Positions 39,508 through 50,925 of a DNA stretch of 64,000 bases are shown one piece after another. This DNA is from Cyanophora paradoxa CCMP329 (lineage: Eukaryota > Plantae > Glaucophyta): positions 248,001-312,000 of the forward strand of contig QPMI01000470.1 in the NCBI GenBank assembly GCA_004431415.1. The letters run 5' to 3'. Within the stretch, counting starts at the first letter, position 1. Every line of letters starts with the position of its first letter. Below the pieces are notes generated by a model. That model was not told the DNA's origin. It saw only the letters and a list, made by a program, of their open reading frames with translations, and did not search any database. The position numbers and the translations under genes are program-made.

Positions 39508-39673
39508 GCATGCGCATCGTCATTTCGAATCGTGCGCATGCGCCGACGTTATTACAAGTACGGAACGGACATCAGAGTCTGAAACGCATTATATAATTAT
39601 ATATTTTTTTCAGCGCTAGCTGCAATCTAATGTGTATATACACATGTCAACGCATACACTCGCACGAAAATAT

Positions 39674-40636
39674 CTAGCACGCTACAGTGTGAAAACGGAC
39701 GATGGTGCTGTCGAGGAGGACGCGGATCCGGGAGACCGGGCCCGCAACCTCGCGATCGAGAAACTGGAGAAACGCATTCATCCCCGCGAGCTTGCACGCC
39801 CTGGCTGCGAGGATCTCGGCGAGCATGATATCCGCTTCGCCAGCCCGAAGCTGCGGAAAGAGCGGGCGGCAGCGCCGGAGGGCCTGCGCCCACAGCCGCT
39901 GCGCAAAGAGACGCGCAACGCCACGGACGCGGGGCCTCCAATCCGACATATTCTTCAAGCAAGAAAACTTTGCCCCGATCTTCGCCTCCACGATTGCGAG
40001 CATGGCGTAGAGCCGATCGCTGTTCCGCATCCGCAGCCGACGCGCCTCGGGATTCTTCTCCTGGGGCAGATCCTCGCCGCAGCCGAGGGCGGACTGGACA
40101 TCGTTGCGGAGCAAGTTGTACTGCCTGCGGAGCTTCCTGACGCGCTCCCTGACCTCCGTGCGCAGCTCCTCGACGCCCTCGAAACCCTTCTTCAGGCTGA
40201 ACAGTGCGTTGAAAAGGCTCGGCGACGCCGAAGCGAGGGCGCCATGGGCCGCCTCGTTGTTCATTTCCGCAAAGTCCTTTGCCAGCTGCATGCAGTTCTT
40301 CAGCGCGTCGAGGTCGGTTTCGCTGCGCGCGTAGCCGCACGCCTCCAGCAACGACAACACGTGCGGTTCCTGCTCCGCGCGCCGCAGGCACGCCTTTGCC
40401 TCCTTGGCGTGCGCCTTGACAGAGCGCTTGGTTCCGAGCGCGACCGCCGCTTCGCTGATCCCCTCCAGGACGGCCGCGGCGTCGACGGTGGCCTCGACGA
40501 CGTCCCGGGCCAACCCTGCCCGCGTCGTCGCGACGTCGGCCAGCTCGAGGCTGGCGATCGTGGAACGGAGTCCCGTCGCGACGCAGGTCGTCACCGGCTC
40601 GGACGGGCGCTTGGAGGGGCTCGTCGCGCTTGCCAT
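39674..40636 (-). CDS. Intronless hypothetical helical/coiled-coil protein (~320 aa)
   Basis: Long ORF with natural composition from MASATSPS, TATAAAAA on the minus strand at 40753-40760, and AT-rich flanks. Confidence 0.72.
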   Translation of the reverse strand: MASATSPSKRPSEPVTTCVATGLRSTIASLELADVATTRAGLARDVVEATVDAAAVLEGISEAAVALGTKRSVKAHAKEAKACLRRAEQEPHVLSLLEACGYARSETDLDALKNCMQLAKDFAEMNNEAAHGALASASPSLFNALFSLKKGFEGVEELRTEVRERVRKLRRQYNLLRNDVQSALGCGEDLPQEKNPEARRLRMRNSDRLYAMLAIVEAKIGAKFSCLKNMSDWRPRVRGVARLFAQRLWAQALRRCRPLFPQLRAGEADIMLAEILAARACKLAGMNAFLQFLDREVAGPVSRIRVLLDSTIVRFHTVAC

Positions 40637-41060
40637 TGCGTCGAGATCGCGATGCGGTACCTCCTGCGCACGCACACGTCAAGGTGCGCTTGCCCACAAA
40701 ATCTGACGCTCGCACCTTTGAAAAAGTGAGCCCACCGGGACGCGCGATCTCCTTTTTATAAGCCGCATTTGTGCGTGCTCGCTCGTTAGATTCGAATGAA
40801 ATCGTGCGTACAAAAAAACGATTCATTGCACGTTTGTTTCTGCAAACACACTGGAGTACGCTAGTACAGGACCTCGAAGCGCTAAACTTTAGCACGCTAT
40901 AGCGAGCTGATCGTGACACACAATTGCACCCCCGGGCTAACTACGCTCGCTGCAGACGCACGCTTTCGTGCGCATGATCGTCTAAATATTCCATCATCGA
41001 ATTTCGATGTGTCAACGTCAACGTAGCTCATCGCAATTTCGGCATACGAAACAGCGCGTA

Positions 41061-41417
41061 TCACGAATTAAAAATGACTTCTGTCCGGGTACGCTTCCGA
41101 GACGCCCCGCGCCTGCCGCGGCCCGCGCCCTTGGCCCGGGCCGGGCCTGCGGGGTGCTTGGCCGGCTGCACCGCACGAAACGCTGCTAGCGCGACCTTCC
41201 GCTCTACTTGAACGCACTTGCGGCACGTGTAGGTGCGTCGTTTCAAACGACTCGGCGCAAAGGCCTCGGGGGCGAGCCGGGATCGACATCGGCAGCACAC
41301 GACCGCGACCGTCATTCCATCTTCTGCCAAAATTCTTCCGCAGCCACGGTCGGTGTCGGGGCGCGACGGACCCCGTTCCACTGCAGCAACTTCGTCTGCG
41401 TCGCGCGTCGCGATCAT
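41061..41417 (-). CDS. Small C4 zinc-finger protein with a basic tail, head-to-head with the primase-helicase
   Basis: CCRC...LAPEAF.......TYTCRKC followed by an NLS-like RRGASRKRTR. Confidence 0.6.
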   Translation of the reverse strand: MIATRDADEVAAVERGPSRPDTDRGCGRILAEDGMTVAVVCCRCRSRLAPEAFAPSRLKRRTYTCRKCVQVERKVALAAFRAVQPAKHPAGPARAKGAGRGRRGASRKRTRTEVIFNS

Positions 41418-41614
41418 CGTGTGCTCGGCTCTCGCTGCCGACCGAGGTGCGCGACGCGCCTCCCTTTAAGCGTCCCGCCGTCTCGCTTCCTCCCCCCTCC
41501 CCCCATTTTTTCTGGCCGCTGGATTCGTGCGAAACCTACTTCTCGCAGGCGCCCCGGCCCCGAGATCCATAAAGAGAAGCCCACCGGTGTGCATTTGGAC
41601 ACAAAGCCACGGCA

Positions 41615-44600
41615 ATGGAGGAGAACGTCCCCGCTCGCCCCCCGACCCCCACGCCCGCGCTCCTCGCTGCGCCCCGCGCGGCGCCGCCCGCGGGGCCCGC
41701 GCCGGCGGCCCCGCCGCCGCCCTACATCGTTCCCGTCTGGTCGCGCCCGGGCGCCCCCGTCGAGGCGGCGTGGCGCGCCGAGGCGCTCCGCGCCGGCTAC
41801 CCCGCGGAACGCTGGCCCCTCGTCGTCGACATGCCTCGGGCGCGGGCGGCGCTCAAGATCGACGCCAAGCCCAAGGAGCTCGGGCTCGCCTACTGCGACG
41901 CGGCGGCGGCGGCGGGCGTCCCCGCGTACCTCGTGCCCTACCAGAAAGAGTTCTTCTCGAGGCAGCTGGGCGCGAAGAAGGCGACCTTTGAGTTCTTCAT
42001 CTTCCGCGAGCCCTCGGACGTCCTCGCGCTGACGGCCGTCCTGCCCCCGGAGCGGCGCTGCCTCTACGAGACGTACGCAAAGGGCTCCAAGCTGCGCATC
42101 TTCTTCGACGTCGACGTGGACCGCGCCCTGAACCCGGGGATCGACGACGAGGCCTGGGGCCAGATGCTCGGCGGCATCATGCGCGCCACGGTGGACACGC
42201 TGGAGAGGGCGTGCGGGCGGGAGGCGCCCCGCGTCGACGGCGGGGACGACGTGAACGAGTACCTCACGCTCATCGATTCGACCAGCGCCACAAAGTACTC
42301 TGCCCACATCGTCGTCTCCGAGAGGCTCGCCTGGTGCGCGTCCACCGCCGACCACCGCGCCCTCCACGCCGCAATCGAGGCGACGTACCTCGAGCACCAC
42401 GCGCGGGACGCCGAGTCGTTTCCCCTGGTGCGGCGCGCCGTGACCAAGCCCGAGGGGCCGGCGTTCGTCGAGGAGATCCCGTGGGATCGCGCCCTCTTCG
42501 CCGACGCCTCGCGCAACTTTCGGCTCCCGTGGAGCACAAAGGCGGGAAGGAGCGCGCCCCTCGTGCCCGTGCGCCTCGTGCCGGACCCCGAAGGCGGCGG
42601 CGTCTTCGTCCCCTCGCTGTGGCGGCGCGTGGAGCTGGAGCGGGACCCGACGACGGGGCGTCCCACGGCCGAGTGCGAGGCCCTCTTCCGGCGCTGCCTG
42701 GTGGCGACCTTTGACGGCGAGCCGCACCTCTGCGTCGCCGTACGTTCGGCGGCGCAGCTGATGCCGCCCCCGCCGGGGCGCGCGCGCAAGGCGGGGGCGG
42801 CGGCGAGCGCCCCGCCTGCGGCGCCGCCGGCCGGCGCGGGCGTCGGCGCGGCCCCCGCCGCCGGCGGCCCCGCGGGCGGCGGCGCCGTCGACCTGGAGGC
42901 CGCCACGCGCCACTGCGTCGAGGCGGGTCTGCTGGAGGCCGGGCGCCGCATCACCGGCATCTACAGGCGGCCCGAGGGTCCGCGCAGGCCGACGATCCTC
43001 TCCACGGACTCGACGGCGTGCCCGCTGCGCAACGGCGCCCACGCTGCCGGCGGGACGCAGCACCAAACGAGCCGCATGGCGCTCCACGTGCGCGTCCGCT
43101 GGCTCCCCTCGGGCAAGCGGCCCCGAGACGGCGAGCCGGGCCGGCGGCTCGAGGTGACGGTGGAGCGCCAGTGCATCCACGACAAGTGCCGCGAGCTGGT
43201 CAAGTCGGGGGCCCGCAGCTGGCCGTCGCCCCACGTGTTCGACGGCGGCGCCCTCGCCCGCGAGTTTGCCAAGCTCTACCCCTTGCCGGAGGAAGCCGCC
43301 GCCGCCGCCTGCGAGTCGGACGCCGAGTCGAACGCCTCGGCTCAGACGGCCGCCAGCGTGCGCTCCACCTCGTCCTCGCGCACCAGCGCGCGCAGCCGCT
43401 CCAGCGGCGGCTCCAAGCGCGGCGGCGGCGGCGGTCGCCGCGGCGGCGGCGGCGGCGGCGGGGACGACGCGGAGGCGAGCGGGCCGGAGGACCTGGCGGT
43501 GCCCCTGTCCCTGCTCGCGCGCACGGACTTTTTGGACTTTATCGGCAAGTCGGCGGACGACGCCTACGTGACCATCCTCGAAGCGTACGGCAAGCTGCGC
43601 GCGAAAATCGGTGCGGCGATGAGCGCCGTCGGCAAGGACCCGCAATTTTTCGCGCCCCTCGCGGCCGCCAGCGCCGACGCAGACGGAGAGGTGAGGGAGG
43701 CCTCGGTGAACTCGTACGCCGAGCTGCAGGAGCTGGTCAAGCGCTGCGAAAACTACTTCGACCCGCTCGGCAGCCGCGGCGGCTTCGATCTCTTCAAGGT
43801 CTACGCGCAGCTCCGCGAAATCGACCCGCAGGCCGCAGCCAACCTCCCGTTCGTCCCCTCGCTGCACGTGCTCATCGGCAAGCTGGTGTGCGCGGTGGCC
43901 CGCCGCGACGGCGTCAAGCGCACCATCCCGACCGAGGCGGAAAAGGGGCACCCCGTCAGCAAGTTCATCCGCTACCACCGCGAAACCTTCGTCTACGAGG
44001 AGATGGAGGGCGTGCGGACCGTCGCCGAGTACGCCTGCCGCGCCTGCCGCGAGTTTCCGACCATCCAGGCGATCATCGAGCGCCACGGCAAGGATCTGGA
44101 GCAGAGGCTCAACACGCTCTACGCGGTGGCCGAGCTGCCCGACTTTCCGCTCGCCGCGGCGCCCGAGCACCGCTTCGTCTCGGCGCGCAACTGCCTGCTG
44201 GACGCGCGCACGTGCGTCGCCTACCTGCGGCCCGGGTACGACGCCCCGCCCGACGCGGACCCGGCGCTGGTGCGCCCGTGGGGCGAGCTCCCCGGGGGCG
44301 AGCCGGTCGCCCTCATCCACCTTGACCAAGAGATGGACCTCTCCGGCTCCTGGGAGGCGGAGCGGCCGGCGGCGCGCTCGTTCAGCTCGATGGGCGTCGC
44401 CTGGCGGGGCGCCGACCGGCTCCAGGCGCTGCGCACGATCTGGGCGACGCAGAACCTCGCCGAGGCCGACCGCTTCGTCTTCGAGGCGCTGGCGGGCAAG
44501 ACCATCTGCGGCGGGCGCGAGCCGGACAAGGTCATCCCCCACTTTATCGGCAACGCCGACACGGGCAAGAACGTGGTGCTGCGCACCGTCACGCGCTCGA

Positions 44601-45571
44601 TCCCGCGGCGCCTGCAGTTCAAGATCGACGGGCAGTGCAACAAGACCTACTCCGTCATCAACTGGGCGGGCAAGATGCTGGTCTGGAGCGACGAGGCGAA
44701 GAGCATCCCCGAGGGCGTGCCCCGCGACGCCCTCTTCTCGGCGCTCTGCTTCGAGCGGATCACGGCGGACCGCAAGTACCTCAGCCAGTACACGTTTGAT
44801 CCGACCGCGAATTTCATGTTCGCGAGCAACGGGCCCATCAGCTGGCCGAAGAACACGTTTTCGCGGGACGAGTGGGTGAAGAAGGACCTCGTCATCCCGT
44901 TTGACGTCCCGCCCAAGCGCCAGGACCAGACCCTCGACGCCCAGTGCGAGGCGCAGCAGGCTTCCATCACGCGGCGCTACTGCCTGGCCTACAGGCTGCT
45001 CCGCGAGCTCAAGGCGCTGCACGGCAACCCGGGAATTCTGGACCTGATCGACCCGGATTCGAACATCGGTCGGCGCATGGCGGAGATGCAGACGAGCTGC
45101 CCCCTCCAGGCGTTTATCGAATCCAAGCTCAACGTGACGGGCGTGGACGAGTACACCGAGCTCGAGCCGGGCCGCGGGCGGACGCTGCGCTGGAGGGCCG
45201 GCGTGCAGCACTGCGAGAACAGGAACCCCGACGCCGCGCCGCCGGGCACGCTCCGCCCGCCGCGCGTGCGCTTCCAGGCGCTGTACGAGTTCTACCGCAT
45301 GGAGATGTCTCGCAACTTTTCGCGCCTGGAGCCGCTGGACGAGCGCACCTTTCGCAGGACGCTGGCGCAGGTGGACAAGCGCCTGTGGATCAAGAGCGTC
45401 AAGCTGCACGTGCCCGGGACCAAGGGCACGACCCAGAACGTGGATATGGTGTTTGGCTGCGCGTTTAAAGGATTCGACGACGACTCGGCCGCGGACGAGG
45501 CGCCAGCACCGTCGGCCCCGCGGCCGGATGCCCAGATGATCGACGCCGCCACCGGCGCCCCGGTCTCTTGA
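41615..45571 (+). CDS. Intronless AEP (PrimPol/NCLDV-herpes type) primase - Zn finger - D5-like SF3 helicase fusion, 1318 aa
   Basis: AEP motifs IFFDVDVD, KYSAHIV and ADASRNFRLPWSTK. Zn module CPLRNGAH...QCIHDKC. D5_N-like FVSARNCLLD. Walker A GNADTGKN, Walker B LVWSDE and motif C FMFASN. Confidence 0.9.
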   Translation: MEENVPARPPTPTPALLAAPRAAPPAGPAPAAPPPPYIVPVWSRPGAPVEAAWRAEALRAGYPAERWPLVVDMPRARAALKIDAKPKELGLAYCDAAAAAGVPAYLVPYQKEFFSRQLGAKKATFEFFIFREPSDVLALTAVLPPERRCLYETYAKGSKLRIFFDVDVDRALNPGIDDEAWGQMLGGIMRATVDTLERACGREAPRVDGGDDVNEYLTLIDSTSATKYSAHIVVSERLAWCASTADHRALHAAIEATYLEHHARDAESFPLVRRAVTKPEGPAFVEEIPWDRALFADASRNFRLPWSTKAGRSAPLVPVRLVPDPEGGGVFVPSLWRRVELERDPTTGRPTAECEALFRRCLVATFDGEPHLCVAVRSAAQLMPPPPGRARKAGAAASAPPAAPPAGAGVGAAPAAGGPAGGGAVDLEAATRHCVEAGLLEAGRRITGIYRRPEGPRRPTILSTDSTACPLRNGAHAAGGTQHQTSRMALHVRVRWLPSGKRPRDGEPGRRLEVTVERQCIHDKCRELVKSGARSWPSPHVFDGGALAREFAKLYPLPEEAAAAACESDAESNASAQTAASVRSTSSSRTSARSRSSGGSKRGGGGGRRGGGGGGGDDAEASGPEDLAVPLSLLARTDFLDFIGKSADDAYVTILEAYGKLRAKIGAAMSAVGKDPQFFAPLAAASADADGEVREASVNSYAELQELVKRCENYFDPLGSRGGFDLFKVYAQLREIDPQAAANLPFVPSLHVLIGKLVCAVARRDGVKRTIPTEAEKGHPVSKFIRYHRETFVYEEMEGVRTVAEYACRACREFPTIQAIIERHGKDLEQRLNTLYAVAELPDFPLAAAPEHRFVSARNCLLDARTCVAYLRPGYDAPPDADPALVRPWGELPGGEPVALIHLDQEMDLSGSWEAERPAARSFSSMGVAWRGADRLQALRTIWATQNLAEADRFVFEALAGKTICGGREPDKVIPHFIGNADTGKNVVLRTVTRSIPRRLQFKIDGQCNKTYSVINWAGKMLVWSDEAKSIPEGVPRDALFSALCFERITADRKYLSQYTFDPTANFMFASNGPISWPKNTFSRDEWVKKDLVIPFDVPPKRQDQTLDAQCEAQQASITRRYCLAYRLLRELKALHGNPGILDLIDPDSNIGRRMAEMQTSCPLQAFIESKLNVTGVDEYTELEPGRGRTLRWRAGVQHCENRNPDAAPPGTLRPPRVRFQALYEFYRMEMSRNFSRLEPLDERTFRRTLAQVDKRLWIKSVKLHVPGTKGTTQNVDMVFGCAFKGFDDDSAADEAPAPSAPRPDAQMIDAATGAPVS

Positions 45572-46002
45572 GTAGCTATAGTTCTATCCGACGCGTGCGC
45601 ATGCGCCTTGGCCCCATGTACATATACTTGTCGAGTGACGGCTGCGTTTTCTTCGATAATTATAATGATATTATTTGAACGTGCGAATGAAAAAAATCGA
45701 AAGCGTTTCATCGAATGTATCAACACTTATAATACAAAGTAGAGTGCTTACTACAGCAATAACAGCGGATTCTCGCTCTTCATGTGCGGGAGTTTCAACT
45801 GGTGCTTATTTTCGCACCTGAGGTTCCGAGCGGATTGTTCGGGGGGGGGGGGGGGGGGGGGGTAGCATCGGCAGTGGTCGCTCAGTTTCGTGCGAATTCG
45901 AGCGCCCGCCCCGGCCTATAAAGAGCGGATCTCGCCGCCTGAGAGCCACATTCCCGCAGATCCAAAAACTGCTGTTGCGCCCCTTTGCAGAGCACCGCAG
46001 CC

Positions 46003-46587
46003 ATGTTGACCGCCGCCCTCGCGAGCACCAAAGCCCCAACCCAGCGCGACGCTTCCGGCGGTGCGCGTCGCGAGCGCCTCCTGGGCGCCATCCCTCGCGC
46101 GGCAATGTTCCTGTGCAAGGCCCGCAAGTTTAACCTGGGCTGCCCCATCTCCGACGGCGACCTCTTCGGCTACGCGTTGGCCAAGGGCGTCGAGACCCTC
46201 GACGACGTCTCCCTCGCTGCGATCGCCAGGGACCTCGCGACGGGCCTGCGCGCTGCAGCGGCGGGTGCAACCGATGCGATCGAGCGCCATTTCTACGCCA
46301 AGGGCTCGGTCATGAACTCGCTCACGGAGAACGAGCTGACGGCGCACGTGGACCTGGTCGAGCGTGCCGCCGGCGCCGCCGGCGCCCCGAAGAGGGCCCT
46401 CCGGTACGCGGACTGGGCCCGGCTCCAGCGCCACTGGAAGCCCGCCGGCGGCTATGATCGCCGGTCGCGCAAGCTCTACGAGCACGCGGCGAGCGCCATT
46501 CCCGACGTGCGCCTGCGGAACGGCGCGCTCGAGCTCGCGAACATCATCGACGCCCTCTTTCGCGGCGAAAATGGAAACGGCCTCTGA
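46003..46587 (+). CDS. Intronless hypothetical protein (194 aa)
   Basis: CCTATAAAG at 45915 and CACATTC Inr upstream. GC-rich ORF followed by an AT-rich spacer. Confidence 0.72.
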   Translation: MLTAALASTKAPTQRDASGGARRERLLGAIPRAAMFLCKARKFNLGCPISDGDLFGYALAKGVETLDDVSLAAIARDLATGLRAAAAGATDAIERHFYAKGSVMNSLTENELTAHVDLVERAAGAAGAPKRALRYADWARLQRHWKPAGGYDRRSRKLYEHAASAIPDVRLRNGALELANIIDALFRGENGNGL

Positions 46588-47437
46588 TTTTTCGGATACC
46601 GTCCCCTTTGGCTCTTCACCCCACCTGGAATTCGAAATGGATATGTATACTCGCTGCCCTTTGTGTAGCTAGCGCTGAACTTTGAAAGCAATTATTACGC
46701 TTCTTGCATATATATATTTTTCTTCATTGAACAGCACTCTAACTACACATCGATATCGGGTGTAATGTTAGTACCACAGGATCGTGATCGGGAATTTATA
46801 GTTATTATAATGCTGTGCTGAATCATGCTTGCTGATGTACGTATACAGTCTAAATTACAATGACGAGTTCACTGAACACATAAAGATGCCCGTGCTGTAC
46901 TACGGTAGCTACTGCTAACACCGCGCCTGACGCCCTCGAGCTCGATGTCGTTCTAGATCTCATTCTCATTTTCACTTTTCAATTTTGTGCTGAACATTTT
47001 ATAGCTTATAAATCGCATGGATGCACGACTATATGTTACGGATATGGTCAGCTAGCTACAGCTAGCTAATATATCTTAGGCCTAGATGACCATCGGGTCC
47101 GCGGTGGCAATAGTTTCGCCCGTGGGCGCATCGAGCTCGGGGTCGTACACCAGGGTGCAGCCGTGGTACACGTCGTCCGTGGAGCCAAAACGGCAGTCCC
47201 GCCACCGTTACCGTTGGATTTCGCCCCACGTGTCGTATACGTATACGCACTGCATGTGCGAGGGTTCGGCATGCGCGAGGCCTAGGGGGTAGCGGCTTAC
47301 ACGTAAATTCGCAGACCCCCTCCCCGTTATCCCCTCCCCCATCACAGGCATCGACCTGGGGCGCAGGTTCCCGGGCCCTCACACTCTTTCTCTAGGAAAA
47401 TTTCGGTTACGGCACCGCCGCGCCCCTGCTCCCCGAC

Positions 47438-47878
47438 ATGGCCTTCGTGTGCGAAACGCCCCTCCGGCGCGACGCGACGCTCTGTCGCGACGCGACCCTC
47501 TGTCGCGACGCGACCCTCTGTCTAGATCGCGACGCGTCGCGCGACGGGTCGCGCGACGCTGCCTCCGCGGCGTTCCTCGGCATCGCGCCCGACTCCGTTC
47601 TCGCCCAAGTCCTGATGTCTCCCACCAAGAACCCCTTCGCGCTGGAGACTTGCGCTGACGACATCGATGAGGCACAAGTCTGGACAGCTGCCTTCACATC
47701 CTGTACTTTGCTGGATCCGGAGAGCGACTCCGCTCATGAAAGCGATCACGACGACCCGTACGGCGTTCGGAGGGTGGACGAGGAGCGCGAGGGCGAGGCG
47801 GCTGCGCCTTGTTTCTTCTACGACCGCAAGCAGAATACCAGTGTATACGGACGTAGTCTCTACTGGCCGCAGTGGTAG
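47438..47878 (+). CDS. Hypothetical acidic protein with 3x RDATLC (18-bp) repeats
   Basis: ATG-initiated 146-aa ORF followed by an AT-rich spacer. Confidence 0.5.
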   Translation: MAFVCETPLRRDATLCRDATLCRDATLCLDRDASRDGSRDAASAAFLGIAPDSVLAQVLMSPTKNPFALETCADDIDEAQVWTAAFTSCTLLDPESDSAHESDHDDPYGVRRVDEEREGEAAAPCFFYDRKQNTSVYGRSLYWPQW

Positions 47879-48228
47879 TGCAGACGAGCACCCCTAGTCA
47901 TGTTCGTAGAAATATTTATAATTACATATAAGGCTTCGAATTTCTCATCCGATCCGTGGACTAGGTAGGAAGTCTGTGATAGCATAGTGCGCCTTTTATC
48001 GCCGCGAGTTCGCAATTGTATCTAGATCTAGATCTGTGTTGTATTCTATCTTCCTAATACAAGAAAGATTCTTAAAACGCTCGCTTCGAATTCGAATTAG
48101 GTCAAACGCATACAACATGCATACTTATATATACGTAATGCAGCAATATTAATGCACCGTCGCGTGAAATCGGCGGCGACGGCACCGGCGCTGCGGCGAG
48201 CTCGATGTCTGAGTTTTTTTCAATCCGC

Positions 48229-48469
48229 GTACCCGCCGTTCACGCCTCTCCTTTCATCATTCCCTTGCATTCCTCTCTTCATTCCATTTCTAAATGTATG
48301 AGAGAGTATGGAGCGTTCCGCGCCTTCCAGCGTTCCGGGCCCCCTTCCCCCCGGCGGTCCGGCGAGCGCACCCATGGGCGCCGGCGGCGTTGAGGTTGAG
48401 TGTGCGACGGCGCAGGCCGGGGCGAGGGCAGGCCTGGAACGCTGGAATGCGGAACGCGGCTGGGGGTAC
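48229..48469 (-). repeat. GGAAT-rich palindromic repeat, copy 4
   Basis: Matches copies 1-3, with GTAC at both ends. Confidence 0.85.
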
Positions 48470-48727
48470 ACGCCAGATCAGTGCCCTTAGGCCTGCTGCT
48501 GATTACGAGGGCGCCGGACAGGGCGAGTTGCATTGTTCGGTGAATTCGGGCAACCGATCACGACGTCGACGGTCGGGCTACTCGAAAAAACCCGCTCGTC
48601 TCGGCCCAAATCGCAATGCACGTAGCACGAAAAAAATCGCAGCTACCTGCAAATTGGTCTTTCACGCTCCTATAAAAGGCGGATCCGCCGCGCCCAGCTC
48701 ATTCTTTGCCCTGCAAAAGTTTTGATC

Positions 48728-49534
48728 ATGGAGCCGACCGCCGCCGCCACCGCCGCCGCCACCGCCGCCCCCATCGCCAACCCGCCCGCCCAGCCCGTCG
48801 CGACGCAGTCGGCGCCGGCACCCCGTCGCGCAGAATTCGCGACGCTCCCCGACCCACTCCTCCCCTTTGTCGCGACCGGCCTCGCGCCGCGCGAGGTCTT
48901 CGCCCTCGGAGAGCGGGCGCGCCTCGCCGTGGACGGCGCGCTCCGGGCGCGCGCCGCGCGGACCTTTCGCGCAGCCCACGGCGCCCCCTTTAGCGGAATC
49001 GCCCGCGAGTTCAGGGTCCACCGGGCTCCCCTGCGCCGGTTCCGCCGGCGCCTCGCCGGCGCCCTGCGCGCGGAGGCCGGTCGCGCGACTCGCCTCGGCG
49101 GCTGGAAGGCGTGCGCCGAAGTGACCCGCTACCTCGACGACCTCCGGGCGGACCTGCGCGCGGCCATGCAGGCCGATTTCGCGCAGCGCACGAGCGACAG
49201 GGCGCGCTTCGAGGAGATCTTTCGGACCGGCTCGGATAGAAGCACGCTGGACGCCCTCCTCGCCAAAGCGTACAACGCCGCCCTGCGGGTGCCGCCAACC
49301 TCGAAGCCGGGCGTCGGCGTCTGGCGCTCCTGGCGCCGCCTCGTCGACGAGAGCTTTGGCGGCGCCGGCATCTGGCGCTCCCCCGAGGATCTCGCCCGCG
49401 GGCGCGACCACGCGTATGGAGCAATCCGGGCCACGTTCAACGTGGCACGCCTCGTGCGCACCTGCCATCTCGTCCTTGACCTGGCCGCCACGCTGCGCGT
49501 GAGCTTTAGTGCAGAGGAGATGACCTCTGCGTAG
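48728..49534 (+). CDS. F-box-like protein with a MEPTAA leader
   Basis: FATLPDPLLPFVATGLAPREVFAL resembles the F-box consensus (LP.ELL..I...L...D...L). Shared TATA/Inr cassette upstream. Confidence 0.62.
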   Translation: MEPTAAATAAATAAPIANPPAQPVATQSAPAPRRAEFATLPDPLLPFVATGLAPREVFALGERARLAVDGALRARAARTFRAAHGAPFSGIAREFRVHRAPLRRFRRRLAGALRAEAGRATRLGGWKACAEVTRYLDDLRADLRAAMQADFAQRTSDRARFEEIFRTGSDRSTLDALLAKAYNAALRVPPTSKPGVGVWRSWRRLVDESFGGAGIWRSPEDLARGRDHAYGAIRATFNVARLVRTCHLVLDLAATLRVSFSAEEMTSA

Positions 49535-49913
49535 ACGGCAGACGCCTTTTGTGTTTGCAATCTTTTTCTCGAACTCGTGATTTCTGTCATCGCATTTCAT
49601 TTTGCGGTACCGGTTGACAGGTCGATTTCGAGCGTGGTTTTTTGTAACTCTAGATCTACACGTATAGGATAGTTATATAATCAATTGTGTATGATCACGA
49701 TCGATATCGTGTGAATGATCATGATTGAATTCAAGATCTCGAGCTCACATTTTAAAAGGGAGCCGGAAACTTGAACGCTCCTCTCGGCCCGTTTTATGCG
49801 ACGCATGCGCAAATCGCACGAATCCTACCGCTTCCGCGTGGTCTCCTCCGCTCCTATAAAAGGAAGCGGCACCGCCTTCAGCGTTAGTCTTAACTTGTCA
49901 AATCGCAGAAACA

Positions 49914-50378
49914 ATGGCGGCCAACTCCTCGACGACCGTGCCGGCCGCCGCGTCCGCGGCCGCGGATCTCGACGCCGGCGCCGTTAACGTTGCGCCCGCG
50001 CATCCCCGGCTGCTCGAGGTCGACGGCGTCGCGATCCCCTTCGACGCGCTCGCCGGGGTCGCGTGGGCCATCTTCATGTTCTTCGAGATGTCCCTTGACA
50101 GGGGGGCCCGGGCCCGGGGCGATCGCGACCGCATCGGGAGTCTGTCTGCCGACTGTGTCGACCGCATGTGGGTGCTCCATGCTACGAACGGCGCCGAGGG
50201 GACCGAGGACGACGTGCGCATCGCCAAGGCCCTCGCACCGCTCGTTCGTTGCATCGCTAGGCGCTCCCTCAACAAGACTCGTGACCGAACAAGATTGCCA
50301 TCATCAAGGAGATTCTCGACAAGATCACCCTCGCACGCCAGTTTCAGTACTAGTACTAGTGTAAGTACGTATACGTAG
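49914..50378 (+). CDS. Hypothetical protein; C-terminus possibly frameshifted
   Basis: Shared promoter (GCACGAATCC, TATA 49855). An alternative frame from ~50291 reads KIAIIKEILDKITLARQFQY*. Confidence 0.6.
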   Translation: MAANSSTTVPAAASAAADLDAGAVNVAPAHPRLLEVDGVAIPFDALAGVAWAIFMFFEMSLDRGARARGDRDRIGSLSADCVDRMWVLHATNGAEGTEDDVRIAKALAPLVRCIARRSLNKTRDRTRLPSSRRFSTRSPSHASFSTSTSVSTYT

Positions 50379-50925
50379 CTACGCGTACTCGTACGCAGAC
50401 TTGTAGATGTACAGCTGCGTGCAGCGTAGTGTTTAAATTTTGCAAGGGGGGAAGGGGGCCCCCTTGCTTCCCGTTCCCTCGCTTCAGCCAAAAGTTTTCT
50501 ATGAGGCCGTTTTCGAGGGCCAGCTTGCAACGAAATTGTCGGTTATTCGCGATCCGATTGGCTCGGTGAACCGGTCAGCTCTCGACTTTCGAGCGTCGAA
50601 TTCGAGGGGAAAAAGTGGTTTTCGAGGGGAAAACTAACTTCTCTCTAACTCCGGTCTTCGAATTCCTTGCGCGGTCACGGCGGTTCTGCATGGCCCAGTG
50701 GAACCAGTTCTCCCTAGCTGTCTCCTCTAGATTTCGGCTTCCTCGCAGTGCGTCGCGTACGCCTTGCTCTTCGTTGCGCGGTTCTGCATGGAACCACTTC
50801 TCTCTACCTGTCAACGTCTCCTCTAGATTTCCGCTTCGTCGCACTGCGCAGCCTACGCCGCAGGGTACCCGTGCCGCGTGGACTAATTGGAGCAGCCCCC
50901 CACGTCGACGTCGCCGGTCCTCCAC

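Noticed and set aside
39296-39619. Poly-IY ORFs
   Set aside because: Translations of the (TA)n microsatellite.
41414-45409. 1331-aa minus-strand ORF
   Set aside because: Antisense shadow of the high-GC3 primase-helicase with no motifs. The same applies to 6976-8832, 59991-61355 and 62252-63823.
47082-47255. Small minus-strand ORF (MQCVYVYDTWGEIQR*RWRDCRFG...) with an internal stop
   Set aside because: Short and interrupted with no recognisable homology, so it cannot be supported as a gene or readthrough case.
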